This document shows, piece by piece, positions 56,091 to 64,000 of a DNA stretch of 64,000 nt. The stretch spans positions 27,900,001-27,964,000 of the forward strand of contig OZ024756.1 in NCBI GenBank assembly GCA_964016885.1, given 5' to 3'. The notes beneath the pieces were generated by a model. The model was not told where the DNA came from and did no database searches. It worked only from the letters and a program-made list of their open reading frames with translations. A program made the position numbers and the translations under genes. This stretch comes from Eledone cirrhosa. Its lineage: Eukaryota. Position 1 is the first letter of the stretch. Each line of letters starts with the position of its first letter.

Positions 56091-56931
56091 GCAGTTCTAC
56101 AGTTCATAGGTTGTCGGTGCACAGAGCAATTGTTGAAGGCCCCTCATTTGCGATACCACTAGTTGTGATACCTTCTCCAGTGGCAACATGGTACATTTGG
56201 CTACCAATCCCATTTCACTGCTTGCAAATTGTCAAACAAAGTATCAGTCACTATCTGATAAGCTTGTATGTCAAGATTGTGGCAGTGGAGACCACATCCC
56301 TACTCACTGCTATTAGAGAGGAGTTGGCAACCCACACTCATGAGCCCCATGTGGTCGAGTGACTGTTCCAGCGCATCTCCCTTGCCATCCTCTGGGGCAA
56401 TGTCTTCTCTAACCTGTCCTCCAGGACCACAAGGAGGACTGACTCTTGAACAGTAAGTGGTAAATGCAGATCACACACATGCACACACACACATAAACAC
56501 ATGCACACACACTCTCATACACACACACATACTAACAATTAGTGTCTTTACCTACAGTATAGACTCAAATATAAGCCGATCCTTATTTTGTATGAGAAGT
56601 GGGGAAAAATCCAAATCCTCTTTATAAGCTGAGGCAACTAATCAACAATATAAGTCTTTCCCCCCACCACCACAGTTTTACCATTGACATTCTGGTCATA
56701 TGTTTCTCGTATTCATCATCATCATCATCAGGTTTAGCGTCCGTGTTCCACGCTTGCATGGGTTTGGACGGGGGTTTTCCCACTTGAGGCAAGAGTGGTT
56801 GTCTTGCTCGCATAGGACTGTCTGGCGGGTTTTCTACAGTTGGATGCCCTTCCTAACACCAACCACATTATATTCGAGAATACACAGGTAATTGTAAACT
56901 ATATTGTAAGCTCCATCATTCAGCAGTGGTT

Positions 56932-56991
<60 letters not shown>

Positions 56992-57781
56992 TCCTCTCTC
57001 TCTCTCTCTTTTAGTACTTTATTTTGTTTTATTAAACCATATGTTGGATCAACTAATTCTCAGCTACTTAACCAACACCGCTTGGTATCATGCCACCCTT
57101 TCTCTCGTCACGTAACAAAGCTGCAGAGCTCACATTTCAATATGCTTTAGATGTGGAGTGTTGGTTGGCAACATACAACTCGACATGTTCACCCCAATAC
57201 ATCCCTCCCAACAGGTGTTAATCGCTCACAAAGGTAATGGCTGTCCTTGAATTGGTTACACACAAGTGTCAGCTGATTTAACTATTTAGTGTTCAAACCG
57301 GCCAGAATTCTCTACCTCTTTCTGTTGAAACTGGCTGTAACTGGTCACTCATACTGATGTTAAGGTATTGTTCTCAAAATAAATACTTTCAAAATCTCAT
57401 AGATTCGATATTATGTGAGATAATTATGCGAGGTAAAGCCTTTACCATGAAAATATAATAGTATATATATAGAGTAATGGGAATGCTAAAGGGTTAATGC
57501 ATCCATGCACCACTAGGTGATGCGCGGCCATCAGCAACATGCCAATGTGGCTTGCCTGAACCGGCTGCAGAACATACTGTGTGGGTGCCCAGATCTCTGC
57601 CCACATGAGAGTGTGGACTTCATGCAACCTACTCCTACTACCATGAGCTGGTTGCAGTGCCTGAGAAATGTCACATGGTTGCTATTTCATACAAAAGAAG
57701 ATCACCTGTATGTTTGTCATGTTAAATTCATCATCATCATGATGACTGTTTTACGTCCATTCTTCCACACTAGCATGGGTT

Positions 57782-58198
57782 AGATTTTTGTCTTGACGCC
57801 TACATGACCACTTTACAGTGCGTACTGGATGATTTTTGTCTTGACGCCTACATGACCACTTTACAGTGCGTACTGGGTGATTTTTGTCTTGACGCCTACA
57901 TGACCACTTTACAGTGTGTACTGGGTGATTTTTGTCTTGACGCCTACATGACCACTTTACAGTGCGTACTGGATGATTTTTGTCTTGACGCCTACATGAC
58001 CACTTTACAGTGCGTACTGGGTGATTTTTGTCTTGACGCCTACATGACCACTTTACAGTGCGTACTGGGTGATTTTTGTCTTGATGCCTACATGACCACT
58101 TTACAGTGCATACTGGGTGATTTTTGTCTTGACGCCTACATGACCACTTCACAGTGTGGGCTGGGCGCCTTTTTGCCATGTCGCCATCATGACCACTT
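57782..58198 (-). repeat. 45-bp minisatellite (RTE 3' UTR-derived), about 9 copies
   Basis: gatttttgtcttgacgcctacatgaccactttacagtgcgtactgggt-type units. Confidence 0.92.
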
Positions 58199-58529
58199 TA
58201 TATATATATATATATATATATATAAAGAATGACACACACAGTACATTGAAGAAATATATTAGTTTAACACTTGAAATAGTAGGAAAAGAGTCTTAACGTT
58301 TTGGACACCACAATCTTTCATCTAATTTTTTTTTCCCATTCTTTCCTTTTCTCACTCTTTATCTTTCTATTTTATCTTCTATTTCTAACTCTATCTTCTG
58401 ATAAAGGACTAGTGTCTGAAACGTTCAGACTCTTTTCCTGCTATTTCAAGCATTAAACTAATATATTTCTTCAATGTACTGTGTAGTTTGCTTTGTTATA
58501 TCTGTTTACCTTTTACATATATACATGTG

Positions 58530-58617
<88 letters not shown>

Positions 58618-58771
58618 GAGGAAGTTATAGTTCACTTGAAGCATTGTGTAATGAGGTATAAACGTTTGTATTTGTAAAGCCAAAACAATGCAGGTATGGA
58701 TATAGAATATAAATGCAAATGCAAAAGATATTGTTGACAATTAGTCTTTTACCTTAAATTTATTTAAATAT

Positions 58772-58806
58772 CCTTAATTTTCGAGATAATATCTCTTCTT
58801 CGGAGG
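58772..58806 (-). ncRNA. Degenerate minimal hammerhead motif (U4>C) in a Penelope-like terminal repeat
   Basis: CCT-CCGAAGA-A-GAGAT att ATCTC-GAAA AT T A-AGG. Confidence 0.45.
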
Positions 58807-60279
58807 GAAGTAAAGTGGTTAAACCAGCGTTCTAAATAGCTTGCCAAGTCATGCTGACAGGAAATGGTATAGAGAATCTGTTCTATATCTAATGTCAAAG
58901 AGTGAAGGTTAGGTGGATAAAGAGTAGTCTCCCTTTAAAAGGGGTTTTGTACATGTACGTGAAGGTGTAAGTATGTGTGTATGTGTGTGTGAGTGTGAGA
59001 AGATATGTCTATACGTAAATGTGGGGGATATATGCTCTATCGTGTTAAAACTGGTCTTTAAATACTTTAATGACTTTCTAGTGTTATAATCGTTAAATAT
59101 TTTCTAAGTTATATAACGATTATTATTGATAAGTACTTTAGAAACTTTAATGATTTTCTAGTGTTATAATCGTTAAGTATATTCTAAATATTTTCTAAAT
59201 TTTCTAAGTTATATAACGATCATTATTTTATTTTATTTTATTAAATTTGGGTTAACTTCGGGTCAATGAAATCCTTAGGCTTTCTCTTTCTCGTGTTTGC
59301 AGACATATTATACTACTATATAAATTTATAAAAAAATTTAAGATCGCAGACAATTCACTTTTTTACTTTGAATCAGATTTTTATCCGTATGATTCACGAC
59401 GTTTGACTTGTATATTTATAGTATATATGTGTTATATGAGCTTATTATAATAATTGATCTAAAACCTTAATTTTTAACAATATTATCAGTAACTTATTTA
59501 TTATATTATATTATGTTATATATAACTGATAGGTATCATCTTAATCTTTAGACAATATAATCTTTGTTTATTTTTAGACAAATGCATATATCTAATTTAA
59601 TAATAAACTTTTTTAAGTTTAATTATAAGGCCTTTTGATGCTTTAAGGCATTCTAATTGTTAATCTTGATTTTTAAAATTATAACTGTAATTATTTTATA
59701 AATTTTATAATGTGAATTATCTTCAATATAATATAAATAATTAAATATATTATAATGAAATTAATAAGAATTACCTTCGTGGGGAGGAAATTATTACGTC
59801 TTCTTTCTCATGTTTTGCAAATAGTTTAAAAATGAATTCATAAAATATGATTTTATAAATTGAATATGATAGTATACTTTAATATTAATACAGATATTTA
59901 TAAACTTTTATAGCCTGAAATATTATACACTTTGATTAATTCATTACTCTGAACTAACTTAAATGATTTGAAAGTTAACGATCAACCAGATACGTTTGGA
60001 TAGTATATATAACTAATTAACTAAGGAAATTAACCTTTATTGATTACACCCAGTTATATTTGGGATTTAGATTGATGAATACTTCTAGATAATTCAATAA
60101 TTCAAAGATCCGAGTTTACTCTATCGCATAGCTATGCCCAAATGTTTAAATGTATAGTTATGTATAGATATATATAATTCATCCCTCCCTATAATTTATT
60201 CCTCTTTGTCTCTCTTTCCTTGATCAATTCTCTTTTGCTCTCCATAGCTCTACTAGCTATATTTTCTCCTCATCTGTTT

Positions 60280-60319
<40 letters not shown>

Positions 60320-60515
60320 TCCTCTTTCTTCAATAATTATTTGAATCTGTATTTTTAAACTTTCTTACACGCACCCTCTGTATTATATGTATTATATGTA
60401 AGATTTTTCATGTCTCAATCTTAAGGTATATAAATATCGAGTTTTATCATATCTTACTCACTACCATGACTGGATCTTAACCAACTACTATGTCAGGGTA
60501 TGTCATGCATCATCT

Positions 60516-60582
60516 TATTTTATCTGATGAGAACACACTGTTGAAGTTAGCTCAGTACCTCTGAAATATGTATAATAAAATA
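60516..60582 (+). ncRNA. Type I hammerhead motif, family B
   Basis: tattttat-CTGATGA-(weak stem II)-GAAA tatgta TA-ataaaata; 8-bp stem I. Confidence 0.55.
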
Positions 60583-60720
60583 TACTTGATCACAAGAAGT
60601 TCTATTTTTGTTAATATTTTGAATTAATATTAATAACTCCGGAAAACCAATTCTGTTGAGTGCTTCCAATCTATTGTAAAACTAATTCTTTGATTTATTC
60701 ATTGAACCTTGTTTAACCTT

Positions 60721-61217
<497 letters not shown>

Positions 61218-61510
61218 CTTGTGCATTTGCTTACCACGTGTGTTTGTTTATTTATTTTTTTATTTGTGCCTTTCTCCTCTTCTGTATCACTGTCAACTGA
61301 ATAATAATTTTTATTTCCTTAATTCTTATTTTTTATTTTTATATTTTTATTTCTATGTGACTGCCTAATTCAGTATACGTTTGTTCATTGATTTTTATTT
61401 ATTCTTATAATTATGTGTGTGTGCGTATGTAGGTATATATATCTTATATGTGTGTGCGTATGTATGTGTGTATATGTGTGTATGTATGTGTGTGTATGTA
61501 TGTGTGTATA

Positions 61511-61600
<90 letters not shown>

Positions 61601-61729
61601 GAGGTTATATTTAATTTGTTGGGATTCAACAAGCTAACAAATTTATAACTGATATAAAGCACTCAACAAGTTAGTGGAGTAAATATACAATATATTAATA
61701 AATGAAAACTATATTTATAAAAGCATATT

Positions 61730-61795
61730 TATTTTATTATATATATTTCAAGGGAAACCCAGGCAAATTATGGTGCGCTTTCATCAGATAAAATA
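61730..61795 (-). ncRNA. Type I hammerhead motif, family B
   Basis: tattttat-CTGATGA-aag...ctt-GAAA tatata TA-ataaaata. Confidence 0.6.
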
Positions 61796-61936
61796 CAGAT
61801 TTGTTTTATAAATAAATATTGACATACCCGGAAAAAAGACAACCTTAACGGTTGGAATTTCCTCCAACCGTTAAGGTTGTCTTTTTTAAAATAAATATGG
61901 TTTTATAAATATAGTTTCCATTTACTAATATATTGA

Positions 61937-61988
<52 letters not shown>

Positions 61989-62010
61989 ATTTATGTGTAT
62001 GTTTATGTAT

Positions 62011-62078
<68 letters not shown>

Positions 62079-62360
62079 GTGTATATGTATGAATATATAT
62101 GTATATATATATATGTATATGTGTGTTTGCGTGTGTGTTTATATACCTTTATATTTATTATTCTTTTTCTCCTTTTCTTATTCTTCCTCCAGCTTCACTT
62201 TCATATTTATTATATTTTTGTTTTGCAAATCCACTTTCAATAAACACACCATGATTTTTTCATTCTCATGAATGACAGCATATTTGTTTGCTTTCAAGAA
62301 ACCACTGGTAAATGAAATAATTAGCTTATGTTGCTTATTACATAACTATATATATATATA

Positions 62361-62429
<69 letters not shown>

Positions 62430-62514
62430 AATAAATTATACAATTATCAAAGTTGTGTTCAAATCATTTAATAGCTGACAATCGTTTCTTCCAAACTCTC
62501 ATAACTATAAATAG

Positions 62515-62550
<36 letters not shown>

Positions 62551-62592
62551 CGATATATTAACAAATGTAAACTATATTTATAAAACCATATT

Positions 62593-62657
62593 TATTTCAT
62601 TATACATATTTCAAGGACACCAAGTCAAATTATGGTGCGCTTTCATCAGACAAAATA
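62593..62657 (-). ncRNA. Type I hammerhead motif, family B
   Basis: tattttgt-CTGATGA-AAGcgCACCA..TGGTGtcCTT-GAAA tatgta TA-atgaaata. Confidence 0.6.
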
Positions 62658-63226
62658 TAATATAGATCAGTTTTATAAATAAATATTGACATACCCTTAA
62701 AAAATGTGACCATTTCTGTTGGAAGCTCCCGGATAGTGGGGTTACTAAATTTATTATGCAAATTAGTGTCGGATATGTTTAAATCACAGTAGATTTAAAA
62801 TAGGCCGTTGGAGTATGGAAAAAGAAAAAAGGAAAAAAGGAAGAGAAAGAAAAAGAGAAAAAGAAAGAGCGAACTCTAAGAAGGAAAACAAAAGAAAGTG
62901 AAAGAGAAAAAGACAAAAAAGACAGACAGAGAAAAATAAAGAGAAAGAGAAAGAGAAAGCTCTAAGTGATAGTTTGTTGTATTAACGTAAATTTTAAAAT
63001 GAAGCGAAAAAATAAATATTTATTGGACGAGTTAGGCAGAGTAAATAAGCGTGAATAGAAAATAAATAAATAATAATAACCGGAGAATTTTATCTAATGT
63101 TTAAATTCGACTAAATGTTTAGTTTATCAATTAAATTATCAATTAAATTATTGAGATCTTTACATTAAAAATTGAGATCTATATATTATTAAAAAGAATA
63201 TATTCATATATATATACACATACACA

Positions 63227-63260
<34 letters not shown>

Positions 63261-64000
63261 TATACAATAAAAGATTTTTTTTGATTTTTTTATGTTTATG
63301 ATATAGGAATTTTTCTAAACTTATGGAAATTCATAGATTTTTCGGAGAAAAATCGGAGAAAATTCGTTTCTATGTAATAGCAATACAGCATGAAGGAAAT
63401 TAAGTTATTTACTTATATTAAATGTTATAAAAAAGTTAAGATGATAAAAGAAAGTTAATATTATAAAAAACCTTATATTATTTTATAGTAAGTTATAATT
63501 TTATAAATTTTATATATCTCATAAATCCACCTGTTATATAGTTGTGACTGTTATAATATAAGTTTGTTTAAGAAACCTTATATAACAGAGTGTATTCGAA
63601 TTGTATATATACATACATAGAGATATAGACACATTCACCCATAATATATATATATACAGAGATAGACAAACCACATATATATACACACATACATTTATAT
63701 ATACATACATCATATATATATACATAGTTAAATATAAGGTACATAATATAAAATAAAATAAAAAATAAATAAAAATGAGTTATAATTTTAAAGGATTATA
63801 ATTTTAAGAGGAATTACAATTTGGAAATATATTCATATAATTTTAAGCAATATAACTTTAAAACAATATAATTTAAAAAAAATATTTTAAGATATAATTT
63901 TTAAAAATATATATAAAATTCAGTATAAAAATGAATTTTAATTTTTATATAATATTTAACTCTCAGTATGCTTACCTCAAATTTTTATAACCATACGAGA

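Overview
Eukaryotic, AT-rich, microsatellite-dense DNA. The repeat landscape (CORE-type and Meta-like tRNA SINEs, RTE LINE tails ending in (GAT)n, TTAA MITEs) suggests a coleoid cephalopod such as octopus; this is inferred, not proven. Two spliced genes converge tail-to-tail. (1) On +, a gene of at least 17 exons (9214-39261, about 1780 aa, all GT-AG junctions phase-consistent) encodes a divergent FMN/Cappuccino-type formin. It has one short FH1 tract, an FH2 domain that appears to have lost both canonical actin-binding residues (Ile->His, Lys->Phe), and an 815-aa disordered C-terminal tail. (2) On -, a complete 6-exon TMEM208/SND2 gene (52547-40212, 168 aa). The introns and flanks hold RTE and CRE-like LINE fragments, SINEs, piggyBac- and mariner-type MITEs, Helitron-like elements and minisatellites. 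They also hold several minimal type I hammerhead ribozyme motifs in Penelope-like terminal repeats, a twin-primed RTE insertion and several local duplications. Most ORFs in the supplied track are microsatellite or repeat artefacts. All protein family calls are by-eye motif recognition, with no database search.
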